A stretch of 64,000 nucleotides of DNA from a bacterium (GCA_016699995.1 CP064996.1:837747-901746); one strand, 5' to 3'; positions 49,841-60,867 are shown, numbered from the stretch's first letter. Numbers and translations: made by a program. Notes: generated by a model not told the origin, from the letters alone.

Positions 49841-50149
49841 TTAATGAACGGTTTCGGAGCCATACTTATCTTTCCATTCACTTTGAAGCTTATCAAGTTC
49901 GGATGTAAGATTATCCAACAATTCATCAGCAGCTTGTTTATCAATCATTTCATCAGATTCGGCAGCTGCAAGCCTATCATTGGCTTTATCAATTTCGGCC
50001 TGTAATGATTCAATTTTTTGCCGCAGCTGCACCTTGTGAAGTTCAGCTGATTCCTGTTCCTGGTCGAGATACTGAGGATTTCCTCTAACTTCAGAACCAA
50101 TGCTCATATGTTCTCTTTCCATATAATAAAGGTTAATAATTACCTGCAT
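49841..50149 (-). CDS. hypothetical coiled-coil protein
   Basis: 102-aa ORF, charged heptad-like sequence. Confidence 0.4.
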   Translation of the reverse strand: MQVIINLYYMEREHMSIGSEVRGNPQYLDQEQESAELHKVQLRQKIESLQAEIDKANDRLAAAESDEMIDKQAADELLDNLTSELDKLQSEWKDKYGSETVH

Positions 50150-50332
50150 TATAGCAGAAAAAATTAAGATCAGCTTTCTTGAATAAATGCACAGGTTCAG
50201 TTAAAATTATATAGTTATCTTAAGAAGCGGGGCGGTTTACCGCATCCGCGACCAATACTTTAGTAAGTGAGTGACGGCTTTGCCGATACGAACGAGGAGT
50301 GGACTGGCTTGCCAGATCCACTACCAAGATAT

Positions 50333-50407
50333 GGTGCGGTGGCGAAGTGGTAACGCTGGGGTCTGCAAAACCTCGATGCGCGGGTTCGATTCCCGCCCGC
50401 ACCTCCA
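50333..50407 (+). tRNA. tRNA-Cys (anticodon GCA)
   Basis: 75 nt; anticodon loop CUGCAAA; T-loop GGTTCGATTCC; discriminator U; CCA encoded. Confidence 0.85.
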
Positions 50408-50413
50408 CTAAAT

Positions 50414-50500
50414 GCCTGGGTGGCGGAACTGGTATACGCACAGGACTTAAAATCCTGGGCCCGAAAGGGATTGAGGGTTCGATTCCCTCCTCAGGCACCA
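50414..50500 (+). tRNA. tRNA-Leu (anticodon UAA)
   Basis: 87 nt; long variable arm; anticodon stem CAGGA/TCCTG, loop CUUAAAA; discriminator A; CCA encoded; hairpin terminator follows. Confidence 0.85.
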
Positions 50501-50602
50501 TAGAAAACACAGTGATCGCTGTGTTTTTTTATTTTTGCCTTATATACAGCAAAGTATTTTTAGGAACTTGATTGCCTCGAGCGTTAGGAATAAAATAAAC
50601 AT

Positions 50603-51865
50603 ATGGAAAATAATACAAACACAACCAACCCAAATAACGTCGAGCCGGTATTAAATTCAGTATCTAGTACAATAGAATCATCTGCACGAGAGCCAGCAAC
50701 CCCAGAACCAGCCGCGAGTGATACAAAAAAAATTGTTATCACCAGTTTAATTACGGCGCTGATCACAACCCTAGTAGTAGGCTATGTTTTTAATCCATCT
50801 CAAAATAACAGGACCAGCGTTAGAACAGTTTCGGAATCAGAAAACGCCGTTGTCGACGCCGTAGAAGCTGCCAACCCTGCCGTGGTAGCTATAACTATTT
50901 CTAAAAACGTGCCAACTTACGAAAGATTTTATCAGAATATACCTGGTCCATTTGGTGGTTTTCAAATCCCACAACTTCGCCAGAACGGAACTGAGTTGCA
51001 AGAGATTGGCGGGGGTTCTGGTTTCTTAGTTTCGAGCGACGGTTACATCGTTACCAACAAACATGTTGTTGCAGATACAACTGCACAGTACACAGTCTTT
51101 ACCAATGACGGTAAAAAATATGAAGCTAAAGTTATCGATCGCGACCCGGTGCAAGATTTAGCGGTAATGAAAATTGACGGCAATAACTTCCCGTCATTAA
51201 ACTTTGCAGATTCCGACCAGGTTAAATTAGGACAAACCGTAATAGCGATTGGGAATGCGCTAGCGGAATTCCGCAATACCGTCTCTTTAGGCATCGTATC
51301 CGGTTTATCCCGTTCCATAACAGCTTCTGACGGAAGAGGTAATTCCGAATCATTGGATCAGCTAATCCAAACCGATGCCGGTATTAACTCGGGCAACTCC
51401 GGAGGGCCTTTGCTTAATTTATCTGGTGAAGTAATTGGAGTTAACGTAGCAGTTGCTAACGGAGCCAACAGCATTGGGTTTGCACTAAGCAGTAACAGCG
51501 TAAAAAACATTGTTGAATCCGTAAAAACGAACGGCAAAATTATTCGCCCGTACTTAGGGGTACGTTACACTGAGATCAACAAGGAACTACAGGAACAAAA
51601 TAATCTATCTGTCGATTACGGCGTACTGGTAACAGGCGGCAGAACAGAATCGGAACTTGCAGTGTTGCCAGGCTCGCCAGCAGATAAAGCCGGGATTGTC
51701 GCCAATGATATCATTCTCGAGATAGATGGACAGAAGATAGACGAAGGCAATAGACTCCCTAGCATCATGAGCAAGAAAAAAGTAGGGGATAGAGTAACGC
51801 TCAAACTGCTCAGCAAAGGCAGCGAAAAAATGATTACCGTGATACTAGAAGAAATGAAGTTATAG
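50603..51865 (+). CDS. htrA: HtrA/DegP-family serine protease with PDZ domain
   Basis: Trypsin-like motifs incl. GNSGGPLLN; N-terminal TM anchor; C-terminal PDZ-like region. Confidence 0.85.
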   Translation: MENNTNTTNPNNVEPVLNSVSSTIESSAREPATPEPAASDTKKIVITSLITALITTLVVGYVFNPSQNNRTSVRTVSESENAVVDAVEAANPAVVAITISKNVPTYERFYQNIPGPFGGFQIPQLRQNGTELQEIGGGSGFLVSSDGYIVTNKHVVADTTAQYTVFTNDGKKYEAKVIDRDPVQDLAVMKIDGNNFPSLNFADSDQVKLGQTVIAIGNALAEFRNTVSLGIVSGLSRSITASDGRGNSESLDQLIQTDAGINSGNSGGPLLNLSGEVIGVNVAVANGANSIGFALSSNSVKNIVESVKTNGKIIRPYLGVRYTEINKELQEQNNLSVDYGVLVTGGRTESELAVLPGSPADKAGIVANDIILEIDGQKIDEGNRLPSIMSKKKVGDRVTLKLLSKGSEKMITVILEEMKL

Positions 51866-51941
51866 TTAACAACAAGTTTATCTAAACTTGGTAACTCCTT
51901 AAATTGGATTTGACCTGCTGTATGCAATAGTTATGTTGCGT

Positions 51942-52015
51942 GGGGCGGGTCCCTGGTTGGGCAGGATAGACTCGTCACCCTATCCCAGCGGGTTCGATTC
52001 CCGTCCGCTCCACCA
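51942..52015 (+). ncRNA. tRNA-like element with canonical acceptor stem (G3:U70), T-arm and CCA but non-canonical anticodon arm
   Basis: 74 nt; GGGGCGG..GCGGGTTCGATTCCCGT CCGCTCC A CCA; central region folds as 4-6 bp stem with 10-nt loop; partial inverted copy at about 52057..52080. Confidence 0.4.
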
Positions 52016-52082
52016 CTCTTGAAAAAGAGTTCATATGCATGGTATGATGTGCATGACGAGTCTATCCTAAACAGGACCCAAT

Positions 52083-52104
52083 AAAACCGCCGAAAGGCGG
52101 TTTT
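52083..52104. terminator. bidirectional hairpin terminator downstream of rpsA
   Basis: AAACCGCC-GAAA-GGCGGTTT. Confidence 0.55.
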
Positions 52105-52119
52105 ATCATTGCATACGGA

Positions 52120-53400
52120 TTATTCAGCTTTTTCTTCGGTAGCTTCTGGAGAAGCTTCTTCTGTTTTAGGCTCTGCCTCAGCGACGGGAGCTTCTTCCTT
52201 AGCTTCTTTCTTTGGAGCTTCTGTTAACTGCTTAATAGACAGGCCCAAGCGGTGTTCTGCCGGCTCGATAGAGATGACCTTGAACTCGCGCTCTTCACCT
52301 TCTTTAACAACTTCGGACGGATCTTTTACTTCATCGTGAGATAGCTCTACTAAATGAGCCAAGCCCTGAATATCCTGGTCCAATTCTACGAAGACGCCGA
52401 AAGGCATAATCTTAGAAACTTTACCTTTAACAATTTGGCCGAGCTGATACTTCTTTACAGATTCCTGCCATGGATCGTTTTGCAATTGCTTGATAGACAA
52501 AGACACGCGGCCTTTTTCGATAGCGATTACTTTAGCTTGTACAGTATCGCCGACCTTAAATAGATCTTTAGGATTTTCGATACGCTGCCATGCCAACTCG
52601 GAGATGTGAACCAAACCTTCTAGTTCATCAAACTTCACAAATACGCCGAAGTCCACAATACCGGTAATCTGTCCTTTAACAATATCGCCGATTTTAAGCA
52701 CAGACAGGTTCTTTTGCAGTTCTTCTTCGAAGACTGCTTTTTCGGATACGATCAACTTTTCTTCTTCTGGGTCTGCAGTGATCACCTGAACATTGAAGTT
52801 GGAACCGACATAGCTGTTCAAGATTCCCAAAATACGGTTCTTATCTCCTTCTTCTACGCGAGGATAGTGTTCGATAGACAACTGAGATACCGGCAAGAAA
52901 CCAGTCACATTGTTGATTTCGATCATCAAACCGCCTTTGTTTGCAGCCAAGATCTTAGTGCTAACAACTTCGCGGCTTTCCATAAGGTCTTGTAACTTCT
53001 GCCATACGCGTTCGTGTCCGGCTTGGCGCAAAGACAATTCTACGTTGCCGTCGCGGTTTTCTGTTTCTACCACAGCTGCTTCGATTGTGTCGCCCGGCTT
53101 AAGGGAATTTAGAGTCGCTTGATCATCATATAATTCGCGGCCGCGAACTACGCCTACGCCGTAGCCAGCTAAATCTAAGTAAACTTCATTCTTGGTTACA
53201 GAAATGATCTTACCTTCGATCATATCGCCGGGCTTTAGCACGCGAATCTCTGCACCGCTTTGCAGCAAGTCGCTCATGGTTTGCGCATTGCTGTCGCCAG
53301 TGACAGCACTAGGCACAACCTGCTGGGCCGGAGCTTCTGCTACTGTATTGTTGTCGCCCAAATTTCCTGTTGTGTTTTCTGCTAAGTTTTCTTCTGACAT
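52120..53400 (-). CDS. rpsA: 30S ribosomal protein S1
   Basis: 426 aa with four S1 RNA-binding repeats and acidic tail. Confidence 0.9.
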   Translation of the reverse strand: MSEENLAENTTGNLGDNNTVAEAPAQQVVPSAVTGDSNAQTMSDLLQSGAEIRVLKPGDMIEGKIISVTKNEVYLDLAGYGVGVVRGRELYDDQATLNSLKPGDTIEAAVVETENRDGNVELSLRQAGHERVWQKLQDLMESREVVSTKILAANKGGLMIEINNVTGFLPVSQLSIEHYPRVEEGDKNRILGILNSYVGSNFNVQVITADPEEEKLIVSEKAVFEEELQKNLSVLKIGDIVKGQITGIVDFGVFVKFDELEGLVHISELAWQRIENPKDLFKVGDTVQAKVIAIEKGRVSLSIKQLQNDPWQESVKKYQLGQIVKGKVSKIMPFGVFVELDQDIQGLAHLVELSHDEVKDPSEVVKEGEEREFKVISIEPAEHRLGLSIKQLTEAPKKEAKEEAPVAEAEPKTEEASPEATEEKAE

Positions 53401-53710
53401 TTATTAATTCTTTCCTAATATATGAAAATAAATTGATTAAGCCTTTAAACAATATTGCCAGCGGAACAGGTGTCGGCAAAATAAAAACAACGTCTAGACG
53501 TTGGTTAAAATCTAAAAACTATTCATCATATATTAATTATTAAACACGCCTATTACTTGGACTCACCGGGGGTTAAGATTAAAATTTGCTTAGTTAGCAG
53601 GCTCAAGTTTAGAGCCGGCAGACAAGCTAGGCGCGTGCGCCGGTAAGTAGAGAAATTATAGCGGTTTTGTGGTGATTTGTAAAGGGCGGGGAAATAAAAA
53701 AACCAGCTTT

Positions 53711-54265
53711 TTAACAAGTCTGGTTTGAGTCAGTATAATCCGACAACTTACCGAAGTTTAAACCAAAGGCTGACGCCTCCAGCAAGGGCGGGTATACATC
53801 ACGAAAAATAATATAAGCAATTTCCTCGCGAAGCTTAGGTATTTTCTTAAGCAGAACTGCATCTCCCGGATTCTTCTCTGCTTTAGCAATCGCGAAAGTA
53901 AGTTCCAGAGCTTTTTCATCGTAGGCCTTGCAGCACCTCACAATCATTCTGCGAAAATCTTCCCCATACTTAACCATCCAAAGATCACGATGCTTTTGAC
54001 TATGGCTTAACGGCGGAGGAAAACCAGTACATTTTTTGAAACTATAAGCATCAAGACTTCTGCCAACAGCCATCACAAGAGGTAAGCCAATGATCGCAAC
54101 CAAGACCAAGCGAAATGCAAGGCTGAGAAGAGTAGGTTCTGCTTTCATTAAGCTTAAACCAAAGTCAGTAAGAGCAAGTAAAAAGCTTAGGCCAATAATT
54201 ACAACAAGAGTTGCTAAAGTAATCAACCACAATGCCATGACAGTAAGATTGTTTATCAATTTCAT
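53711..54265 (-). CDS. hypothetical membrane protein
   Basis: 184-aa ORF, two N-terminal TM helices; terminator-like hairpin downstream. Confidence 0.45.
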   Translation of the reverse strand: MKLINNLTVMALWLITLATLVVIIGLSFLLALTDFGLSLMKAEPTLLSLAFRLVLVAIIGLPLVMAVGRSLDAYSFKKCTGFPPPLSHSQKHRDLWMVKYGEDFRRMIVRCCKAYDEKALELTFAIAKAEKNPGDAVLLKKIPKLREEIAYIIFRDVYPPLLEASAFGLNFGKLSDYTDSNQTC

Positions 54266-54296
54266 ACTACCTCCTATATTGACTATTCTTTAATCC

Positions 54297-54863
54297 TCAT
54301 CTCCCCCAGTCGTTTGGGTCATAAATATAATACCTTTCTTTTTGTTCAGGACTACAATTAGAGTGGTAATCGATCCTTTGGGGGATATCTGTCCACTTGA
54401 TAATCTCTTCGTTAACGGGAATTGACCTGTCCCCATTCCAACACCACACACCCTGTTCGTATAGGAGTATGCCAAAGTCAGGCTCATTAATACCTCGATC
54501 ACGATAGACTAAATACCATCCTGTAGTCTTTGGTTGTTTCTTATAGTGCCAACCCAATTTTGGTATTTCACACCAAAAAGCCACTGATGAGGTTATGTCG
54601 TTATCGGCCGTTGGTTTCCAAACATTGTACCAGCGTGAATATGGCATTCGTGCCAAATCATGACCAGACCCGTCTGACCTAAAAAAATTAGCGACACTTA
54701 ATTCAAGAGTATCGATCTTAGTGCCACACTGACAATCGTCTGTCCTAACACCAAACATAACCAAGTATGGTCCGTTTTTTCGAGGGGGATCAGCTGCACC
54801 TATCCATTTCGAGTTTTGCATATAACTCCTCCTAAGGAAATTTCTAACATTAAATAGTGCCAT
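54297..54863 (-). CDS. hypothetical Trp-rich protein
   Basis: 188-aa ORF; no family recognised. Confidence 0.45.
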   Translation of the reverse strand: MALFNVRNFLRRSYMQNSKWIGAADPPRKNGPYLVMFGVRTDDCQCGTKIDTLELSVANFFRSDGSGHDLARMPYSRWYNVWKPTADNDITSSVAFWCEIPKLGWHYKKQPKTTGWYLVYRDRGINEPDFGILLYEQGVWCWNGDRSIPVNEEIIKWTDIPQRIDYHSNCSPEQKERYYIYDPNDWGR

Positions 54864-54917
54864 AAATATGCCGATAAGTCAAGTGCGTACCATACTAAAA
54901 AATGGTATAATTCCCTT

Positions 54918-55547
54918 ATGCAAATCCAATATTTCGGCCTTTCTAGCTTCAAAATTACGACTAAGGAAGCCACTATAATTACCGACCCATTCGATAAAGA
55001 ATCCGGTCTGACTCCGCCCCGCGGTGCAGCCGATATCCTGATTCTGGCCGAAAAAGCCAACAAGCTCTATAACGCCGTATCCGGAGTTTCGGGGGAGCCT
55101 TTTTTAATTAACGATCCTGGCGAATACGATATAAAAGGAGTGACCGTAACCGGAATTCCATTGGAGCAAGACCCTGGCCGCTACGTAACAGTTTACCTCA
55201 TTGAAAGCGAAGATATCGCCATTCTCAACTTAACCCACATCCGCGAGTGGAATATCAAAGAGAATGATTTAGAAGACTTGGGAGAAATCGACATCCTCAT
55301 TTTGCCGGTTGGCAGCAACAGCGTTCTAACTCCTAAAATTGCTTCGCAAATTGTTCATGACATCCAGCCAAAAATTGTCATTCCGTCTCATTACGAAATT
55401 CCTGGGCTCAAACTGCCAAACGAAAAAATTGACGTGTTCTTAAAGCAATACGGCGCTAAGTCTGAGCCGATCGAAAAACTTAACATCAAGAAAAAAGATT
55501 TAACGGAAGAAAAAACTCAGATGATATTATTAGACCCGCTTCGCTAA
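54918..55547 (+). CDS. MBL-fold metal-dependent hydrolase
   Basis: 209 aa; beta-lactamase-fold-like pattern (DILILAE.., HYE..). Confidence 0.6.
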   Translation: MQIQYFGLSSFKITTKEATIITDPFDKESGLTPPRGAADILILAEKANKLYNAVSGVSGEPFLINDPGEYDIKGVTVTGIPLEQDPGRYVTVYLIESEDIAILNLTHIREWNIKENDLEDLGEIDILILPVGSNSVLTPKIASQIVHDIQPKIVIPSHYEIPGLKLPNEKIDVFLKQYGAKSEPIEKLNIKKKDLTEEKTQMILLDPLR

Positions 55548-55592
55548 ATACAAAGACAAGAAAGTGTTCACACATTTTTATTCACCACGAAT

Positions 55593-55814
55593 ATGAAAAA
55601 GATTATCGAAAACATCCGTCAAAAACCTGACCATCACAAAAACCGAATAATATTGATTATTACCGGCTCTGTTGCGTTTGTACTAGTGATCATATGGATC
55701 ATAATCGGCATCCCCGATAGGGAAGGCAGGAGCACAGACGTAATAGACGACTTTACAACGAATGTAGAAGAAAGCAAAGATACTTTACCGAAATTATTTG
55801 AAAGCAATAACTAA
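55593..55814 (+). CDS. hypothetical small membrane protein
   Basis: 73-aa ORF with one TM helix, immediately upstream of gyrA. Confidence 0.4.
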   Translation: MKKIIENIRQKPDHHKNRIILIITGSVAFVLVIIWIIIGIPDREGRSTDVIDDFTTNVEESKDTLPKLFESNN

Positions 55815-58297
55815 TGGCCAAAAAGAATCCTAGTGACAGCGAAATTGCTGTTGCAGACAACAATTTAGGAGTGATTAAGCAGCGCTTCCTCGAACAGGAA
55901 ATGCAGGAATCATATTTGGATTACGCGATGAGCGTAATCGTTTCCCGCGCTTTACCAGACGTGCGCGATGGACTTAAGCCGGTTCACCGCCGCATTTTAT
56001 ACGCAATGCATTCCATGGGTCTGCGCTCCGGTGGAAAAACCACTAAGTCAGCAAAAGTAGTTGGTGAAGTATTGGGTAAATACCACCCTCACAGCGATAC
56101 CGCAGTATACGACACCATGGTTGGTTTGGCGCAAGTGTTTAGTATGCGCTACCCATTGGTTATCGGCCAGGGTAACTTTGGCTCTATGGATGGAGACAAT
56201 GCCGCGGCCATGCGTTACACAGAAGCCAAAATGAGCCCGTTTGCCGAAGCTATTTTAGAAGATATCGAAAAAGATACTGTTGATTTCCGCCCTAACTACG
56301 ACGCTACCGAAAAGGAACCAACAGTGCTTCCTGGCAAGCTGCCAAACTTGTTACTAAACGGTACCTTAGGCATTGCCGTAGGTATGGCCACCGACATCCC
56401 TCCTCATAACCTCGTAGAAGTAGCGGATGCTATCACTGCTGTTATAGACAACCCGGAAGTCTCTATCGATGAGCTTACCGATATTGTAAAGGGTCCAGAC
56501 TACCCAACCGGCGGCATTATTTATGACCGCAAAGCCATTAAAGAAGCTTATACCACCGGCAAAGGCGGTATTGTCACGCGCGGCAAGACCGAGATCGAAG
56601 AAATGGCCAATGGCCAAATGCGGATCCTGATTACCGAAATCCCTTATCGCGTAAATAAAGCGACCATGCTCGAAAAGATCGCATTGTTAGTTCAAGAAAA
56701 GAAACTTGAAGGCATTAAAGACGTGCGTGACGAAAGCGACAAAGATGGCGTGCGCGTAGTTGTCGAACTTAAAAAAGGCGCGCTGGCCAATAAAATCTTA
56801 AACCAGTTGTTTAAGTTCACCCAGCTGCAAGACACTTTCCACATGAATACCCTGGCCTTGGTAGATGGAATCGAACCGCACGTACTGAATTTAAAAACTA
56901 TTTTAGAAAAATACATCGAACATCGTCAGGTTGTTGTTCGCCGCCGTACAGCTTACGAGCTTCGCAAGGCAGAAGAACGCGCACATGTATTAGAAGGCTT
57001 AAAAATCGCTCTCGACAACATCGATGCAGTCATTAAAACCATTCGCGCAAGCAAAGACCGTGTTGAGGCGCATGCCAATTTAGTAAAGAAATTTAAGTTA
57101 TCAGATATTCAGGCCAGCGCCATCCTCGACATGCGCTTGCAAACCTTAGCCGGACTAGAACGCAAGAAAATTGAAGACGAGCTGAATGAAAAGCTAAAAC
57201 TAATCAAAGAGCTAAAAGGGATTTTAGCTTCCGAAAAGAAAATTCTGGGAATCATCAAAGACGAAGTTACCGAACTAAAGGACAAATTTGGCGACGAACG
57301 CCGCACCCAAATTGTTGCTCAGGGCACTGGCGACTTTAGTGCCGAGGATTTGATCCCGGAAGATAATGTAATCATCTCTACTACCAAGTCAGGCTACATC
57401 AAACGCCAGTCCCCAGACACTTATCGCCAGCAAAGCCGTGGAGGCAAAGGTGTTATTGGCCAGACTCTTAAAGAAGAAGATGTGGTGGATTCCGTACTCT
57501 CTGCTTCTACCCACGATGACATCATGTTCTTCACCAACAAAGGGCGTTTGCTTGTAACCAAAGCTTACGAGCTGCCAGAGAGCAGCCGCACTAGCAAAGG
57601 CCAAGCTCTAGTTAATTTCCTGCAGTTGGCACCAGAGGAATTTGCAACAGCCGTTCTGGCTTTGTCTAAAAAGAGTGAAGCCCAGTTCCTAGTTATGGCC
57701 ACCCGCAATGGCTTAATTAAGAAGGTAAAGCGCGATGAATTCGTTAAAGTCCGCAAATCCGGCATTATCGCCATTAACCTCAAGCCAGATGATGAACTGC
57801 GATGGGTTAAAACCACTTCTGGAGAAGATGAAATCATGCTTTCGACCGAAGACGGCCAGGCAATCCGCTTTAAAGAATCTGATGTCCGCCCAATGGGCAG
57901 AACCGCCAGCGGCGTAACCGGCGTAAAGCTGCGCAAAGGCGACCATGTAATTTCTATGGATATCATTACCAAAGACATGGAAGGACAAGGTAGGGAAGTA
58001 TTGGTTATTACTCAACATGGCTTAGGAAAGAAAACTCCGATCAAAGACTATAAAATTCAAAAGCGTTCGGGCAGCGGCATCAAGACTGTAAAGATTACTG
58101 ATAAGACCGGCAAGATCGTCTCGATGTGCATCTTGAGCAAAACTGATGAAGACAAAGACTTGCTGCTTATCTCTAAACAAGGCCAAACTATTCGCACCCC
58201 GCTAAAGACAATTTCTACACTCGGACGCGCCACTCAGGGCGTAAGAGTCATGAAGTTGAACGGTGATGATACGGTAGCCTCTGCTGCAGTCGTATAA
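55814..58297 (+). CDS. gyrA: DNA gyrase subunit A
   Basis: 827 aa; [28 protein letters not shown], active-site region, C-terminal beta-pinwheel repeats. Confidence 0.97.
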   Translation: MAKKNPSDSEIAVADNNLGVIKQRFLEQEMQESYLDYAMSVIVSRALPDVRDGLKPVHRRILYAMHSMGLRSGGKTTKSAKVVGEVLGKYHPHSDTAVYDTMVGLAQVFSMRYPLVIGQGNFGSMDGDNAAAMRYTEAKMSPFAEAILEDIEKDTVDFRPNYDATEKEPTVLPGKLPNLLLNGTLGIAVGMATDIPPHNLVEVADAITAVIDNPEVSIDELTDIVKGPDYPTGGIIYDRKAIKEAYTTGKGGIVTRGKTEIEEMANGQMRILITEIPYRVNKATMLEKIALLVQEKKLEGIKDVRDESDKDGVRVVVELKKGALANKILNQLFKFTQLQDTFHMNTLALVDGIEPHVLNLKTILEKYIEHRQVVVRRRTAYELRKAEERAHVLEGLKIALDNIDAVIKTIRASKDRVEAHANLVKKFKLSDIQASAILDMRLQTLAGLERKKIEDELNEKLKLIKELKGILASEKKILGIIKDEVTELKDKFGDERRTQIVAQGTGDFSAEDLIPEDNVIISTTKSGYIKRQSPDTYRQQSRGGKGVIGQTLKEEDVVDSVLSASTHDDIMFFTNKGRLLVTKAYELPESSRTSKGQALVNFLQLAPEEFATAVLALSKKSEAQFLVMATRNGLIKKVKRDEFVKVRKSGIIAINLKPDDELRWVKTTSGEDEIMLSTEDGQAIRFKESDVRPMGRTASGVTGVKLRKGDHVISMDIITKDMEGQGREVLVITQHGLGKKTPIKDYKIQKRSGSGIKTVKITDKTGKIVSMCILSKTDEDKDLLLISKQGQTIRTPLKTISTLGRATQGVRVMKLNGDDTVASAAVV

Positions 58298-58342
58298 TAG
58301 GAAAAATAAAGACCGCGTTGCTAAACACAACGCGGTTTTGAT

Positions 58343-59620
58343 TTACCAAATTTCTTGAATAATAAAGTCATGAGCCTGCTCTCTCAAGCCATCTGCTACA
58401 GACCTATCAAGATTGATATGGACCCTATAATTACGAGGCTGGGTAACAGCTTCGGGATCGTCCGGAAACTTCTGGACCAAAAGCTCTTCAACAGTTGAGA
58501 CGCCTTCATAACCAAATACCGGCACATTAATGGCACGTTCCATGCCGTCAATGCCGACATAAACCGTAACTTGGTTAATGTCGATACCATAACGGATAGC
58601 AAACCTGTCCGCTAATTCCATTCTCATCATGGAGTCGCCAGCAATCTGCTTCATCTTTTCGCTAGGTTCGGTTGTTTTACTTCGAGCCACTTGCTCGAAC
58701 CAATTCATGCGAACGATCTTGTCCATCATTACTGGACTCGCTTCAGAAAGCAGCCTGATCATGCTAGTGTCTGTACCAAAGTAGTCTTCCATTCCGATAC
58801 AACCCTTTGCGTGAGCTTGCCAGAGTGCAGAGAACAACATGGTGCCTACAATTATATGCGGACCTTCCGAAATATCTCTATAAACCATACGGCGGGTTTT
58901 CTTCCAATCGAGCAAAACCTCTGGTACCGAGTCTTTAGTTTTTCTTATATCAATACCTAGGTTTTTCTTAAAAGCAGCCTGTAGATCAGATTTTTCAATG
59001 CCCCAGCATTGTTGTTCCTCGCTCCACTTAAAGTTAGTGGCTACCAGGGAAGGGCAACCAACCTTGCCCTTTAAGTTTGCACACATTGCATAACGATAAA
59101 CGTTATCGAGATTATCGACATCGAGATCGCCATGAACAAGCTTAGAATACGGTTCGAGATTTCCAGAAATCAATTTTACCAATGTTTCCGAATCAACACC
59201 CATATTATTTAAGGCCGATTTAGCAGACTTGCCAATCTCGCTATCGAGTAATACTTGTAGAAAAGTTTCGCCGTTGTAGCCAATATCAATTTTCATTAAC
59301 CGCTCAGTCAGGTGTGCAAAAGGGCCATTACCCCAATCGTGCATCATCGCTGCTGCTCGATACAGGTTTCCCAACTCTGTCGAAAAAAGCTCTTGGTTAT
59401 TCGCCCTTACACAACGATCTGTAAGCAAGTAAGAACCGATATTATGGTGGAAACGGCTTGGCAAAGCGCCATTCATACGAAACGCATTTGGCACTGTACC
59501 CATGGTAATGTCTCGGGCTCTCACTGCGAGATCAGAATTTACCAATCTCTGAAAATTGCCATCAAGCACGATCCAATTTAAATGCAATGGATCTTGATAT
59601 TCAACAAGTTTTTCTTCCAT
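58343..59620 (-). CDS. HD-domain phosphohydrolase (dNTP triphosphohydrolase-like)
   Basis: 425 aa; HD motif region AAMMHDWGNGPFAH. Confidence 0.65.
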   Translation of the reverse strand: MEEKLVEYQDPLHLNWIVLDGNFQRLVNSDLAVRARDITMGTVPNAFRMNGALPSRFHHNIGSYLLTDRCVRANNQELFSTELGNLYRAAAMMHDWGNGPFAHLTERLMKIDIGYNGETFLQVLLDSEIGKSAKSALNNMGVDSETLVKLISGNLEPYSKLVHGDLDVDNLDNVYRYAMCANLKGKVGCPSLVATNFKWSEEQQCWGIEKSDLQAAFKKNLGIDIRKTKDSVPEVLLDWKKTRRMVYRDISEGPHIIVGTMLFSALWQAHAKGCIGMEDYFGTDTSMIRLLSEASPVMMDKIVRMNWFEQVARSKTTEPSEKMKQIAGDSMMRMELADRFAIRYGIDINQVTVYVGIDGMERAINVPVFGYEGVSTVEELLVQKFPDDPEAVTQPRNYRVHINLDRSVADGLREQAHDFIIQEIW

Positions 59621-59775
59621 ATTTCCTCCTAAAATTACTAATTAAAATAGCAAAACCCTGAGCTTAAGTCAATGGAGGGGTATTGCTGGGAGGGCCTTTC
59701 TTCTCTATAATATATAAGACTTTAGCGCCAGATCTGAGCAGATTTACTAAATTGCCGGCGCTTTGTCTACAACAA

Positions 59776-59852
59776 GGGCGTGTAGCTCAGTTGGTTAGAG
59801 CGCCAAGCTTATACCTTGGTGGTCCATGGTTCAAGTCCATGCACGCCCACCA
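59776..59852 (+). tRNA. tRNA-Ile (anticodon UAU)
   Basis: 77 nt; anticodon stem CCAAG/CTTGG, loop CUUAUAC; T-loop GGTTCAAGTCC; discriminator A; CCA encoded. Confidence 0.8.
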
Positions 59853-59874
59853 CAGAAATTTAATTTATTTTCTT

Positions 59875-60147
59875 ATGGATCCAGAACGACAAAAAGATAT
59901 ATTTGAAGACAAGTACGAACACAAGCTCGGCATGTCTTACGAGGAATGGCTGGCTATGGCGCCAGAAACAGAAGACCAAGCTTACGAAAAACTAGCAGAA
60001 ATAGACGGCGAACTCAAAGATATTCGCGATAAGTACGACGACGCTGCGCCGGAAGCCAAAGAAATAATGGAAGATGAACGGGATCGCTTGAAATTAGAAT
60101 ACGATATTATAGAAGAGATGTTTGGCCTAGAATTAGATGACCGCTAA
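59875..60147 (+). CDS. hypothetical acidic small protein
   Basis: 90 aa from internal Met; the longer track ORF 59683..60147 overlaps the tRNA and is rejected upstream of this Met. Confidence 0.4.
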   Translation: MDPERQKDIFEDKYEHKLGMSYEEWLAMAPETEDQAYEKLAEIDGELKDIRDKYDDAAPEAKEIMEDERDRLKLEYDIIEEMFGLELDDR

Positions 60148-60193
60148 ACTAAGTAATTTTTATCAAATCGTTTTATAAACCAATCATGGCCAC

Positions 60194-60859
60194 ATGTTGT
60201 ATATAGTTCCGACACCACTAGGAAATTTAGATGATATAACCAATCGCGCTCGTACTGCATTAGAAGAGTGCGATTTTGTTATTGCCGAAAACCCAAGCCA
60301 AACCCATAAACTTTTTCAGTTGTTAAAGCTTCCCAAAAAAGAAGTTATACAACTAGCAGATCACAATGAAAAAATTGTTGCCACTAAAATTACTGTAAGA
60401 TTAAAAACCGAAACTGCGTGCCTAGTAAGCGATGCCGGTACTCCTACAATTTCGGACCCAGGCTTCCGCTTAGTAAGAGAATGTCGCGAACAAGGCATAG
60501 AAATAGTATCTTTACCTGGACCAAATGCAGCCATCACAGCATTGGCTGGTTCAGGACTGCCAACAGACAAATTTATTTTCGTGGGATTTTTCCCAAAGAC
60601 AGAGCCAAAGCTGATTAATATAATAGAGGAGAGTAAAGACATAGAGGCGACCTTGATAGGCTATGAGTCCCCCCAAAGAATAGTTAAAACTGTAACAGCT
60701 ATCGATAAGACTTTTCCGGATGCTAAAATATGCATGGCCAGAGAGCTAACCAAGATGCATGAAGAGTATTTAAATGGTAGTCCTAAAGCAGTACTAGAAA
60801 TACTAAACTCTCGTCAGGCAATAAAAGGGGAAATAACGTTATTAATATCTTTTAAATAA
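60194..60859 (+). CDS. rsmI: 16S rRNA (cytidine1402-2'-O)-methyltransferase RsmI
   Basis: [37 protein letters not shown] typical of RsmI. Confidence 0.85.
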   Translation: MLYIVPTPLGNLDDITNRARTALEECDFVIAENPSQTHKLFQLLKLPKKEVIQLADHNEKIVATKITVRLKTETACLVSDAGTPTISDPGFRLVRECREQGIEIVSLPGPNAAITALAGSGLPTDKFIFVGFFPKTEPKLINIIEESKDIEATLIGYESPQRIVKTVTAIDKTFPDAKICMARELTKMHEEYLNGSPKAVLEILNSRQAIKGEITLLISFK

Positions 60860-60867
60860 TATTATTT

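Noticed and set aside
50220-50571. ORFs 50220..50510 (minus) and 50299..50571 (plus)
   Set aside because: Overlap tRNA-Cys and tRNA-Leu(UAA); Gly/Pro/Arg-rich tRNA-derived translations.
51942-52015. Possible tmRNA (ssrA)
   Set aside because: Acceptor/T-arm resemble a tmRNA 3' end, but the element is only 74 nt with no tag-peptide ORF or pseudoknot region; kept as a tRNA-like element.
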